A DNA stretch of 64,000 bases from an uncultured Alphaproteobacteria bacterium (GTDB lineage Bacteria > Electryoneota > RPQS01): NCBI GenBank assembly GCA_964370805.1, contig CAYJKM010000001.1:9220-73219 (forward strand). The letters are read 5' to 3'. The notes beneath the pieces are model-generated. The model was not told the DNA's origin. It searched no databases and saw only the letters and a list, made by a program, of their open reading frames with translations. Of the stretch, positions 25,418-32,661 are shown piece by piece. Both the position numbers and the translations under genes were made by a program. Position 1 is the first letter of the stretch. Each line of letters opens with the position of its first letter.

Positions 25418-26743
25418 ATGGCCCACATTGCTCCGTTCAAGGTTTTGCGTTACAAATCCGGCGCCGCGGGCGAGCTGACCGATCTGGTCGCTCAACCCTA
25501 TGACAAAATTGACCGCGAACTGCAGCAGAAATACTATCTGCGCAATCCGCATAACGTCGTTCGCATCATCAAATCCGAAGAGGCGAATGACGTCCCCGAG
25601 ACCGACTACGCCACAGCCGGGCGCACGCTCCAGGAGTGGCGCGAGCAGGGCGTTCTGATTGACGATCCCGAACCCGCGCTCTACATCTACTACCAGAAGT
25701 TCACCTTTCGCGGGCGGCCTTACACCCGCAAGGGTTTCATTGCATCCGTTGCCCTCGAAGAAAAGGGCGTTCGTGCCCATGAGCACACGCTCGCCGGACC
25801 GAAAGCTGATCGCCTGCGCCTGCTCCGCGCAACGGTGACGAACGACGAACTGATCTTCATGCTCTTTTCCGATCCCGCGCATCGGGCCGTCACCGTGATG
25901 GATGCCGCGATCAAATCCGTCAGGCCGCTGCTGGCGGCGAGGGATGATTTCGGCGAAATGCATTATGTCTGGAAGATCACAAAATCTTCAGTCATCACCA
26001 ACCTGACCAAGCTCGTGGCTCCGCTGGAGCTGTTCATCGCCGACGGCCATCACCGCTATGAAACGGCCGTCAACTTCAAGCATGAGTGCGAGCAGAAAGG
26101 CTGGCAGCCGGTCGGCGCGCAGGGCTTCGATCATCGCATGATGGCGCTCTTCCCGATGGAAGACCCCGGGTTGGTGATCTTCCCCACCCACCGTTTGATC
26201 CACCACGTGCCGGATTTCGATGGCGAGATGCTGGTTACGCAGTTGCGCGAGAAGTTCGATGTCCAGCCAGCGAGTTCCGCTGAGGAACTGTATCGCATCA
26301 TGGATGCCCATCCCGAAGAACACACGTTCGGCCTGTGCTTTGCGCCGAGCCGGATGTCCTCGCCCGGCCGAAATCTGAGCTTCTACTTCCTCAGACTCAA
26401 AGACCTTTCCATTGCCGACAAAGAAGGCCCCGCCGGTGCCTCGGAGGCGTCCAAACGGCTCGGTGTCACGATTCTGCATCACTTCATTCTCGATCAACTC
26501 TTGGGCATAGACAAAGCCAAGCTCGAAGCGTTCACCAACGTGGATTACGTCCGCCACCGCGAGGAGGCTCTGGAGCGCATTAAGAAAGGCAACATCCAGG
26601 CCGCGTTCCTGCTGAACGGAACCGACGTCGCCCACGTCAAAGCCGTCGCCGAAACCGGCGAGCGCATGCCGCAAAAATCCACCGACTTCTATCCCAAACT
26701 CTTAGCGGGTTTGGTGATGATGCCGCTGGAAATCAAGAAGTAA
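25418..26743 (+). CDS. DUF1015-family protein
   Basis: ORF 25304..26743. ATG 25418 has AAGGA upstream. N-terminus MAHIAPFKVLRYK...LVAQPYDKI and the internal FIADGHHRYETA are characteristic of DUF1015. Confidence 0.75.
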   Translation: MAHIAPFKVLRYKSGAAGELTDLVAQPYDKIDRELQQKYYLRNPHNVVRIIKSEEANDVPETDYATAGRTLQEWREQGVLIDDPEPALYIYYQKFTFRGRPYTRKGFIASVALEEKGVRAHEHTLAGPKADRLRLLRATVTNDELIFMLFSDPAHRAVTVMDAAIKSVRPLLAARDDFGEMHYVWKITKSSVITNLTKLVAPLELFIADGHHRYETAVNFKHECEQKGWQPVGAQGFDHRMMALFPMEDPGLVIFPTHRLIHHVPDFDGEMLVTQLREKFDVQPASSAEELYRIMDAHPEEHTFGLCFAPSRMSSPGRNLSFYFLRLKDLSIADKEGPAGASEASKRLGVTILHHFILDQLLGIDKAKLEAFTNVDYVRHREEALERIKKGNIQAAFLLNGTDVAHVKAVAETGERMPQKSTDFYPKLLAGLVMMPLEIKK

Positions 26744-26797
26744 ATGTAAAGGCGCACAACATGTGCGCCCCATTTCCAACATCACTTGTACACCAAG

Positions 26798-26828
26798 AAA
26801 GCCAACCCTTCCGGATTGGCTTTTTGTA
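26798..26828 (+). terminator. intrinsic terminator of the DUF1015 gene
   Basis: AAAGCCAACC-CTTCC-GGATTGGCTTT followed by TTTTTG. Confidence 0.6.
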
Positions 26829-26830
26829 TT

Positions 26831-26862
26831 CTCTGACTCGAATTTTGAATTTTGGTTCTTAC
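26831..26862 (+). repeat. heptamer-array element (HA family), copy a
   Basis: CTCTGACTCGAATTTTGAATTTTGGTTCTTAC. It overlaps the stop codon of the minus-strand CDS 26859..27587. Confidence 0.7.
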
Positions 26863-27587
26863 CGCCTGCTTCGCCGCTCATAGCGGCGTCCGTCGTCACG
26901 GCGACCTCCTCGATTCCCGTCATCCCGACGACGATGATCATCCCGGTCCCGTCCCCGCCACTCACGGTCGCGGTCATGTCCGCCGCGATGATGTCCGCGA
27001 TCCCAGCCGGGATGCGGACGAGGTCCGTAGTTCGGCCCCCGCCAATAGTGTTGGTGCCAATCGCGGTAGTGATGCCGCCAGCGCGGACCGTACCAGTAAT
27101 AGCGCGGCGGGGGCGGAGGCGCGTAGATGTAATGCGTCGGCGCGCAGTCGTACCAGATCACGTAAGAATCGTGACACGGTCCCCAACCGGAACTGTAGTA
27201 GTAATCGTCGTCATTCACCCAGTACGGAATGCCTTCACCGCTTGCGAGTTCAAAGTGGAAATTCGGTCCCCAAATCCCGCCCGCAAAATACCACTCGCTG
27301 CGGCCATCCGGATCGTACCACGCATCCACGTCCACTTCCATGCCGCTGCGCAAGCGATAGCCGCGCTCCCGCCAATACGACTGCGGACCAAGTTGGACGC
27401 CCACTCGCTGACCGCTGCTTGTGCGAATGTACGCCTCTTGCCCCTCAATTCGCTCCACCACACCCGAGACGCGCTGGCGCTGCAAGTCCCGTTTGTGCTC
27501 GGCGCTTGCCGCCGTTGCCAGAGTCAATATACCTATGAGCAGCATGCTCATCAGAATCATGCTTCGGTGTCGCATCGTCAACCTCAT
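26859..27587 (-). CDS. secreted protein RH1: conserved beta-rich domain plus extreme Trp/Tyr/Pro then Arg/Asp/His-rich tail
   Basis: Signal peptide MILMSMLLIGILTLATAASA. Conserved block GQEAYIRTSSGQRVGVQLGPQSYWRERGYRL shared with RH2. In the last 55 aa, 20 are Arg, 10 Asp and 5 His (…GHHRGGHDRDREWRGRDRDDHRRRDDGNRGGRRDDGRRYERRSRR). Confidence 0.7.
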   Translation of the reverse strand: MRLTMRHRSMILMSMLLIGILTLATAASAEHKRDLQRQRVSGVVERIEGQEAYIRTSSGQRVGVQLGPQSYWRERGYRLRSGMEVDVDAWYDPDGRSEWYFAGGIWGPNFHFELASGEGIPYWVNDDDYYYSSGWGPCHDSYVIWYDCAPTHYIYAPPPPPRYYWYGPRWRHHYRDWHQHYWRGPNYGPRPHPGWDRGHHRGGHDRDREWRGRDRDDHRRRDDGNRGGRRDDGRRYERRSRR

Positions 27588-27664
27588 GCCGTTAAATCGA
27601 CCATTCTGATTATTGGATGCTCACCTGCCTTCGAGGTTTAAAGCAGTTCGCAAATCCTTGTAAA

Positions 27665-27745
27665 CCAAACATCAAAACTACAAACCTCAAACCCGAGGCC
27701 GCTCCGCATAGATTTGACCTTTGAAGTTTGAGGTTTGATTTGTCG
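27665..27745. repeat. hairpin built from opposed heptamer arrays
   Basis: CAAACCTCAAAC (27681-27692) is the perfect complement of GTTTGAGGTTTG (27727-27738). It is followed by TTGTCGGC/TTGTCCGT/CTGTCAGT octamers and nested palindromes GTCGAGATCTCGAC and GTCCGAC...GTCGGAC up to 27815. Confidence 0.65.
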
Positions 27746-27818
27746 GCTTGTCCGTCTGTCAGTCCGACAAAGTCGAGATCTCGACCTTTTTGGTCGGACT
27801 TGTCAGTCCATCGGCTTG

Positions 27819-28421
27819 TTAGTGATGATGTCGTCCCCGGTCATGGTGACGCTTCTTGGCATGCCCCGGCGGCACGCGTTTCTCCTTGATGATTTTGGTC
27901 GGCGGTGCCGCTTCGTAGCGATAGATGTACGTCGGTTGGTACCAGACCTCATAGACCTCATACGTCGGATACCACCCGCGTTCGTATTCGTATTCCGTCA
28001 CCCAGTACGGCCGCCCAACGTCATTCGTCAGTGAAAACGAAAATCCCGGCCCGGCAATGCTGCCCGCAAAGAACCAGTCACTGCGCTCGTACGGATCAGA
28101 CCAGCCCACCACCGTTACGCGCTGCCCCGGCACCAGGCGATATTCCCGATGCTCCCAGTACGATTGCGGCCCAAGCTGCACGCCCACGCGCTGCCCACTC
28201 GAGGTGCGAATGTACGCGACTTGCCCGCGCACGCTTTCCACCTCTCCCCGAATCTTCTGCCGTTTCAATTTCTTCTTCTGATTCTTCACCACCACGATTT
28301 GGTTGCTGCGGCCTCCGTCACGGCGCGACCACGATCCGGGGTACGATCCCTCCCCGACTGCCGTGAACGCCATGATCATGATGAGTATCATGCTCATCCG
28401 CAGGATTATGCGATGTTTCAT
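27819..28421 (-). CDS. secreted protein RH2, paralog of RH1 with a shorter His/Lys/Arg tail
   Basis: ORF 27819..28526. ATG 28421 has GGAGGG 7 nt upstream and gives signal peptide MKHRIILRMSMILIMIMAFTAVGEG. Block GQVAYIRTSSGQRVGVQLGPQSYWEHREYRL. Tail PPGHAKKRHHDRGRHHH. Confidence 0.7.
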   Translation of the reverse strand: MKHRIILRMSMILIMIMAFTAVGEGSYPGSWSRRDGGRSNQIVVVKNQKKKLKRQKIRGEVESVRGQVAYIRTSSGQRVGVQLGPQSYWEHREYRLVPGQRVTVVGWSDPYERSDWFFAGSIAGPGFSFSLTNDVGRPYWVTEYEYERGWYPTYEVYEVWYQPTYIYRYEAAPPTKIIKEKRVPPGHAKKRHHDRGRHHH

Positions 28422-28494
28422 GATCAGTCCCTCCTTGTTCATTCTGCTGAGTTCATCCCGTTCTAAGAACCCAGTCGTTGGCCGTCTCCCCGCT

Positions 28495-28522
28495 TTAATC
28501 AAAACGTCCGGCCAAGCCGGAC
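28495..28522 (-). terminator. intrinsic terminator (minus strand)
   Basis: Minus strand reads GTCCGGC-TTG-GCCGGAC then GTTTTGATT. Confidence 0.55.
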
Positions 28523-28697
28523 GCAATGCAAATTAACTGTTAATGATACGTTCCGGGTCGGACTCCTGGCGGATTGAACGTTCGATTCTCACTTGACAGA
28601 GGATCGTTGTGTCAATCCGCCTCTTTTTCAGACTTCAAATCGGCGCCTCTATTTGCCGCCGTTGTTGAAGAGGAATCCGGCTCGTTTAATCGTGGTC

Positions 28698-28871
28698 CTA
28701 TTCGCTCTGATCGCTGCGGTTGCGCTGCGAATGTCGCGCGACGCTACCCGGCGGTGCCGGCAGCTTTTCCATTCCATTGCCGTGAGCGCGACGGTCTCTA
28801 CGTCTTTCACGCTTCCGCCGCCCGCCCGGTTCCGGCGTCTGCCCCGGCATCGGCGGTATTCTTGGTTCCAT
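28698..28871 (-). CDS. possible 57-aa Arg/Pro-rich micro-protein
   Basis: Internal ATG of ORF 28698..29252 with AGAGG 6 nt upstream. Product MEPRIPPMPGQTPEPGGRRKRERRRDRRAHGNGMEKLPAPPGSVARHSQRNRSDQSE. Composition resembles the RH1 tail. No homology evidence. Confidence 0.3.
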   Translation of the reverse strand: MEPRIPPMPGQTPEPGGRRKRERRRDRRAHGNGMEKLPAPPGSVARHSQRNRSDQSE

Positions 28872-28885
28872 GAGGACCTCTATTC

Positions 28886-28928
28886 GCTGATTCGAATTTC
28901 GAGTTTTGAATGTTGAATTTCTGCTTCG
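28886..28928 (+). repeat. heptamer-array element (HA family), copy b
   Basis: GCTGATTCGAATTTCGAGTTTTGAATGTTGAATTTCTGCTTCG. Confidence 0.65.
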
Positions 28929-28938
28929 TTCCACTCCG

Positions 28939-29010
28939 GCGGCAGAGAGCGGTGTTGTCATCCTGGACACTTCCGTCTCCGGAAGGCGTCCAGGATCCGC
29001 TCTCTGCCGC
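28939..29010. other. 72-nt three-tier perfect hairpin
   Basis: Outer stem GCGGCAGAGAGCGG (28939-52) pairs with CCGCTCTCTGCCGC (28997-29010). Middle stem ATCCTGGAC (28960-68) pairs with GTCCAGGAT (28988-96). Inner stem CTTCCG-TCTC-CGGAAG (28970-85). There is a one-sided 7-nt bulge TGTTGTC. Confidence 0.85.
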
Positions 29011-29017
29011 GTGTCGT

Positions 29018-29048
29018 TGTGAAACGCAATACCCGAATGCTTCGGGTA
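29018..29048 (-). terminator. hairpin terminator candidate after the 59-aa ORF
   Basis: Minus strand reads TACCCGAA-GCA-TTCGGGTA then TTGCGTTTC. Confidence 0.45.
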
Positions 29049-29064
29049 CCGCAAATCTCCCCCG

Positions 29065-29244
29065 TCAGCGATCCATGTCGCTGCCCTGACGCTCGTCAAT
29101 CTTCTCGCGTCCGGGCATCTGCTCACGATTCGGATTGCGATCAGGCTGCGGATTCGCGCGGCCGCCACCCTGGTCTTCATTCTCGCGGTCCGGATCCGAC
29201 TGATTGCCCTGACCTCCACCCGGTTGCCGATTGTCTCTTGGCAT
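29065..29244 (-). CDS. 59-aa highly hydrophilic Gly/Asp/Arg/Asn/Gln-rich protein (not in the supplied ORF track)
   Basis: Hand translation of the minus strand gives MPRDNRQPGGGQGNQSDPDRENEDQGGGRANPQPDRNPNREQMPGREKIDERQGSDMDR*. GGGAGGG lies 7 nt upstream of the ATG at 29244. It falls below the 60-aa track cutoff. Confidence 0.55.
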   Translation of the reverse strand: MPRDNRQPGGGQGNQSDPDRENEDQGGGRANPQPDRNPNREQMPGREKIDERQGSDMDR

Positions 29245-29300
29245 GATTCCACCCTCCCATGGTTGTGAGGCTCTCGTCTATGGTTCTATGCTTCTGTTCT

Positions 29301-29498
29301 CTACCGGAGTTGCGATATCACCGTGTCCCAGAGCTCGATCCGCCTAAGCATCAAGAAACTCAAGATATTCTGATCGTTCGCCCGCGCCGACGGAACCATC
29401 GGCTTTACCATCGACCAGCCTTCGACCCGGCTCAAATTGCCTTGACTCGACGGCAGTTGATCCTGAATCTTGGATGGCGTCCACATGGCTGGCTGCAT
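29301..29498 (-). CDS. possible 65-aa hypothetical protein
   Basis: ORF 29301..29528 starts at GTG. An internal ATG at 29498 has AAGGGA 7-8 nt upstream. Third codon positions are G/C-rich like real genes here. No recognisable motif. Confidence 0.3.
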   Translation of the reverse strand: MQPAMWTPSKIQDQLPSSQGNLSRVEGWSMVKPMVPSARANDQNILSFLMLRRIELWDTVISQLR

Positions 29499-29671
29499 CA
29501 ACTGTTCCCTTCTTAACTCAATCTTCACCGAATTCGCGCGCGCGGCACGGCTCCGCCGTCATCGTGTCTCACAGAGTTTACACCCCGCCTTTCCAGCCTC
29601 GGTTCCCGCCCTCCTTCACCTGCGATAATTTTGTCGCACCATGACGTTAGTGATATTCCGGCGCATTCTCA

Positions 29672-29706
29672 CACAAAATGCAAAAGAGCGCGATTCCTCG
29701 CGCTCT
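29672..29706 (-). terminator. intrinsic terminator of the alpha/beta hydrolase gene
   Basis: Minus strand reads AGAGCGCG-AGGAAT-CGCGCTCT then TTTGCATTTTGTG. It lies just downstream of REP-A copy 3. Confidence 0.7.
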
Positions 29707-29732
29707 TTCTACTACACTGTTAGTGTCATCTC

Positions 29733-29776
29733 GTCCCTTTCTCCACATCGTGTGGGGAAAGGGCAGGGATAGGGGT
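29733..29776 (-). repeat. REP-A hairpin element, copy 3
   Basis: GTCCCTTTCTCCACATCGTGTGGGGAAAGGGCAGGGATAGGGGT. It starts 2-3 nt after the hydrolase stop when read on the minus strand. Confidence 0.85.
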
Positions 29777-29778
29777 CT

Positions 29779-30501
29779 TCAGTCCAGCCGGTTCAAGAAA
29801 TCCTTGAACACCGGCAAGAATACGTGGTCCCGCACGCTGCCGAGCGGATGATTCGTGTCCGACAGCACGCACAACTGGCCGCGCGGCAGATTGCGATACA
29901 GCTCGACCGCTTCCTCGACCGGCACCAGCTCGTCATGATCGCCCACCGACACCATCACCGGAAACTTGGCGTCTTCGAGGTCCATGTGCGTCAGACCGAT
30001 GTCGGGCAGACCCGTGACCAGCTTGTTCAGCCACGGCAGCATCGCTTCGAGCTTTTCTTCGCCGTGCAATTCGCGCAGCCGCTGCAGGCGGTCCGGGTTG
30101 TTTTCTTCCAGGAAGGAAAGATCCAGTTCCGCGCCGAGATTCTCCGCTTCCTCGCCTGACCAATAGAACTTCGTGCCGTGCATCCACACGCCGACGACGC
30201 GATTCGGATGCTTGACCGCCCACGCCAGCGCCGCGTAGCCGCCTAAACTGTAGCCGAGCACGACCACCGGCTCGGCGTTAATCCCCTGCAAAAGTTTGTC
30301 AATCTCATCGGTGATGACGCGCAGCGTGAGCGCCTTCGGCATCTCCGACGGCCCGTGTCCCGGAAGCTCGGCCGCAATCACGGTGTAGCCTAAATCTGCA
30401 ATCGGCTGCAGCAAGTGCTGCCATTCAGTCTCGATCGTGCCGAGCATCCCCGGCAAAATCAAAATCGGCGGCCCGCTGCCTATGGAACGATGATGTAGCA
30501 T
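29779..30501 (-). CDS. alpha/beta-fold hydrolase
   Basis: Motif PPILILPGMLG and nucleophile elbow LGYSLGGY. C-terminal DTNHP supplies the catalytic His. The ORF extends to a TTG at 30570; ATG 30501 is preferred. Confidence 0.8.
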   Translation of the reverse strand: MLHHRSIGSGPPILILPGMLGTIETEWQHLLQPIADLGYTVIAAELPGHGPSEMPKALTLRVITDEIDKLLQGINAEPVVVLGYSLGGYAALAWAVKHPNRVVGVWMHGTKFYWSGEEAENLGAELDLSFLEENNPDRLQRLRELHGEEKLEAMLPWLNKLVTGLPDIGLTHMDLEDAKFPVMVSVGDHDELVPVEEAVELYRNLPRGQLCVLSDTNHPLGSVRDHVFLPVFKDFLNRLD

Positions 30502-30610
30502 GTCTGAAGGTAGTTGTGGGTTATGAAAAAATGAAAAATGAAATTCCCTTTTGTGAGGTGTCGGCTGCAAACCAAAAGCCTGACTAATCGTAGGAGCACA
30601 ACAGCCGGCC

Positions 30611-30648
30611 CTCTTCGCCCCTTCGCTTCTTCGTATCTTAGAATCTTC
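30611..30648 (+). repeat. TCTTCGNN-type octamer array
   Basis: CTCTTCGCCCCTTCGCTTCTTCGTATCTTAGAATCTTC, abutting the aldo/keto reductase stop. Confidence 0.65.
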
Positions 30649-31610
30649 TACAGTCCTGCACTCACGTCATCCAACGCGCGCGCTTCCTCGCCCGTGAGCC
30701 GCTTCCCCGCCGCTCCCAGCGAATCATCGAGCTGGGCGATCGAGGTTGCCCCGATGATCGGCGACGTGATAAACGTCTTGGTCAAGCACCACGCAAGTGC
30801 TGTCTGTGTCATCGTCTCGCCGCGTTGGCCGGCGATCTGCTGAAGTGTCTCCAGGATGCGCACAACCTGCGGCGTGAGTTTCTCCGGTGCGCGTTGATTG
30901 AGCGTGTGCCGCGCGTTCTCCGGCAGCGGTTTGCCCGCTTGATACTTCCCCGTCAGCAGCCCGCCTTCCAGCGGCGAATAGGGAATGATCGCGATATTCT
31001 CACGCAGACAATATTCGGCCAAGTCCGGCTCGACACGCGAGCGCACCGTCAAATTGTATTTTGGTTGCGACGAAACAAATTGTAGTGCCGCACTGCGTGC
31101 GCACTCATTCATCGCCCGGTGCTGTGCCGCCGTGTAATTCGAAAGCCCCAGGTGACGCACCTTCCCCGCTTTCACCAGCTCCGCCAGCGCTTCGACGGTC
31201 TCCGCAATCGGCACCCACTCATCCGGCGAATGACACTGATAGAGATCAATGTAATCCACGCGCAGCCGTTTCAGCGAGTCATCGCAGGCGCGCAGCAGGT
31301 GCGAGCGCGAAAGCCCCTCCCCATCCGCGCCGTCCCACATCCGCCCGCGCGCTTTCGTCGCCAAGATGACGTCGTCGCGCCGCTTGGTCCTGAGCCACTT
31401 GCCAATGATCGTCTCGCTCTCGCCCCCGCGATTACCCTCTACCCAATTGCTGTAAATATCCGCCGTGTCGAAGAAATTGATCCCGTGATGAAACGCATGA
31501 TCGAGAATCTTGAGCGACTCCCGCTCATCATTCTGCCACCCCATCGTCATCGTGCCGAGACACAGCTCGGAGACTTTGTGACCAGTGGTATTGAGTAAAC
31601 GGTACTCCAT
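30648..31610 (-). CDS. aldo/keto reductase
   Basis: MEYRLLNTTGHKVSELCLGTMTMGW, FDTADIYS, and SPLEGGLLTGKY are typical AKR blocks. 320 aa. Confidence 0.85.
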   Translation of the reverse strand: MEYRLLNTTGHKVSELCLGTMTMGWQNDERESLKILDHAFHHGINFFDTADIYSNWVEGNRGGESETIIGKWLRTKRRDDVILATKARGRMWDGADGEGLSRSHLLRACDDSLKRLRVDYIDLYQCHSPDEWVPIAETVEALAELVKAGKVRHLGLSNYTAAQHRAMNECARSAALQFVSSQPKYNLTVRSRVEPDLAEYCLRENIAIIPYSPLEGGLLTGKYQAGKPLPENARHTLNQRAPEKLTPQVVRILETLQQIAGQRGETMTQTALAWCLTKTFITSPIIGATSIAQLDDSLGAAGKRLTGEEARALDDVSAGL

Positions 31611-31650
31611 AAGATTCGAAGACTCGAAGACACGAAGAAACGAAGAGACT
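31611..31650 (-). repeat. TCTTCGNN octamer array, inverted copy
   Basis: The + strand reads AAGA TTCGAAGA CTCGAAGA CACGAAGA AACGAAGA GA. This is the reverse complement of four TCTTCGNN units. Confidence 0.75.
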
Positions 31651-31666
31651 GATGTTCGGTATCGCG

Positions 31667-32035
31667 CTACTGTTTTGGCCTGGACTTGTGTATAATCGTG
31701 ACGATTATCGCGATGATCTCGCTTATCTCGCGGAGTATCGCCTCCAACCGTACCGACTTGACTATCTCTCCATCACGGAGCAGTTCGAGCCAGTAGCGCG
31801 TCTCCTGCGCTTCCTGCAAAGCCCCCTCTAACTTGCTGATGAAGTCGGCTTGCGACTTCGCAAAATTGGCTTCAGAGAGCTGTGCACCGATGGACGTCCC
31901 GCAGCAAAAAAGTTGACTCGCCAACTTCTGACCCGTGGTTGTCTTTGGCAGCGCGTCGCAAAGTCGCATGATCCGGCGAGAAAAGTTCGATGTGCGCCTG
32001 AGGATGTCATTGCCTTCAATGGCGGCCAGCCTCAT
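31667..32035 (-). CDS. four-helix-bundle protein (23S rRNA intervening-sequence / Avd-like family)
   Basis: FSRRIMRLCDALPKTTTGQKLASQLFCCGTSIGAQLSEANFAKSQADFISKLEGALQEAQETRYWLELL matches the TIGR02436-type pattern. Confidence 0.8.
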   Translation of the reverse strand: MRLAAIEGNDILRRTSNFSRRIMRLCDALPKTTTGQKLASQLFCCGTSIGAQLSEANFAKSQADFISKLEGALQEAQETRYWLELLRDGEIVKSVRLEAILREISEIIAIIVTIIHKSRPKQ

Positions 32036-32095
32036 GTTCCTGCTCCTGTCTTAGCTCACAGGATTAGTCACTTGCCTGCGTTGACCTTGGATCTA

Positions 32096-32136
32096 CTCTT
32101 CGAGTCTTCGAATCTTCGTATCTTCGAATCTTCCCG
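32096..32136 (+). repeat. TCTTCGNN octamer array, direct copy
   Basis: C TCTTCGAG TCTTCGAA TCTTCGTA TCTTCGAA TCTTCC. Inverted relative to 31611-31650, so the pair brackets the four-helix-bundle gene. Confidence 0.75.
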
Positions 32137-32138
32137 TC

Positions 32139-32444
32139 TCAATACACATTCCCTTTCCGCGGCGGATCGGTCGCCGGGCGAATCTCCGGCATTGGATTGC
32201 CCTTAAACTTCGGCGAGAGCTTCGCATTCAATTCCGCCGCCGCTTCGTCTTCCGACGGATTCTCGATAATCGCCTCCACCGGACACTCCGGCACGCACGC
32301 GCCGCAGTCAATGCACAGCGTCGGATCAATCACCGCGAACGGCTGTCCCTCGTACTCGCCGGGATAGATACAATAAACCGGGCACACCTGCATGCACGAG
32401 GCGTAGCGTTCGCCTAGGCACTTATCCGTAATGACAAACGTCAT
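32139..32444 (-). CDS. fdxA: ferredoxin, Azotobacter 7Fe (3Fe-4S + 4Fe-4S) type
   Basis: MTFVITDKCLGERYASCMQVCPVYCIY...IDPTLCIDCGACVPECPVEAI. Cys spacing matches FdxA-like ferredoxins. Confidence 0.8.
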   Translation of the reverse strand: MTFVITDKCLGERYASCMQVCPVYCIYPGEYEGQPFAVIDPTLCIDCGACVPECPVEAIIENPSEDEAAAELNAKLSPKFKGNPMPEIRPATDPPRKGNVY

Positions 32445-32486
32445 CTATGCTTCCAAGTCCTTGAAAAACCAACTATTACTAACGAA

Positions 32487-32505
32487 AAACGGGCTCTTGC
32501 CCGTT
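32487..32505 (-). promoter_or_regulatory. terminator-shaped hairpin in the ferredoxin leader
   Basis: Minus strand reads AACGGGC-AAGA-GCCCGTT then TTTCGTT. It lies 43-60 nt upstream of the fdx ATG in a divergent intergenic region. Confidence 0.4.
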
Positions 32506-32661
32506 CTTTCTCCAGCCCTAATATGGCAATTTTGCGGCTAATTTGCAAGGAATCGTTCACTTTCACAGCACTCATTCGGAATCAATGTTGACCTCGTTAT
32601 CACTTGATCGAAAATGATTTTCCCCCTTGCCTGTCAGTCATGACGAGCGTATATTTCAACT

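Noticed and set aside
28574-28916. Plus-strand ORFs 28574-28873 and 28593-28916, and ORFs 29259-29516 (+) and 28698-29252 (-, full length).
   Set aside because: They have no SD and odd composition. They span terminator hairpins and the HA repeat. Shorter minus-strand micro-ORFs with SD sites explain the region better, though those are themselves low confidence.
28939-29010. Three-tier hairpin as an integron attC site, given the adjacent small ORFs.
   Set aside because: The flanks lack the RYYYAAC / GTTRRRY core sites. The stem is perfect, without the characteristic extrahelical bases, and no integrase is present in the window.
31667-32035. Four-helix-bundle gene as the Avd component of a diversity-generating retroelement.
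   Set aside because: No reverse transcriptase gene and no TR/VR repeat pair are present nearby. The neighbours are an aldo/keto reductase and a ferredoxin.
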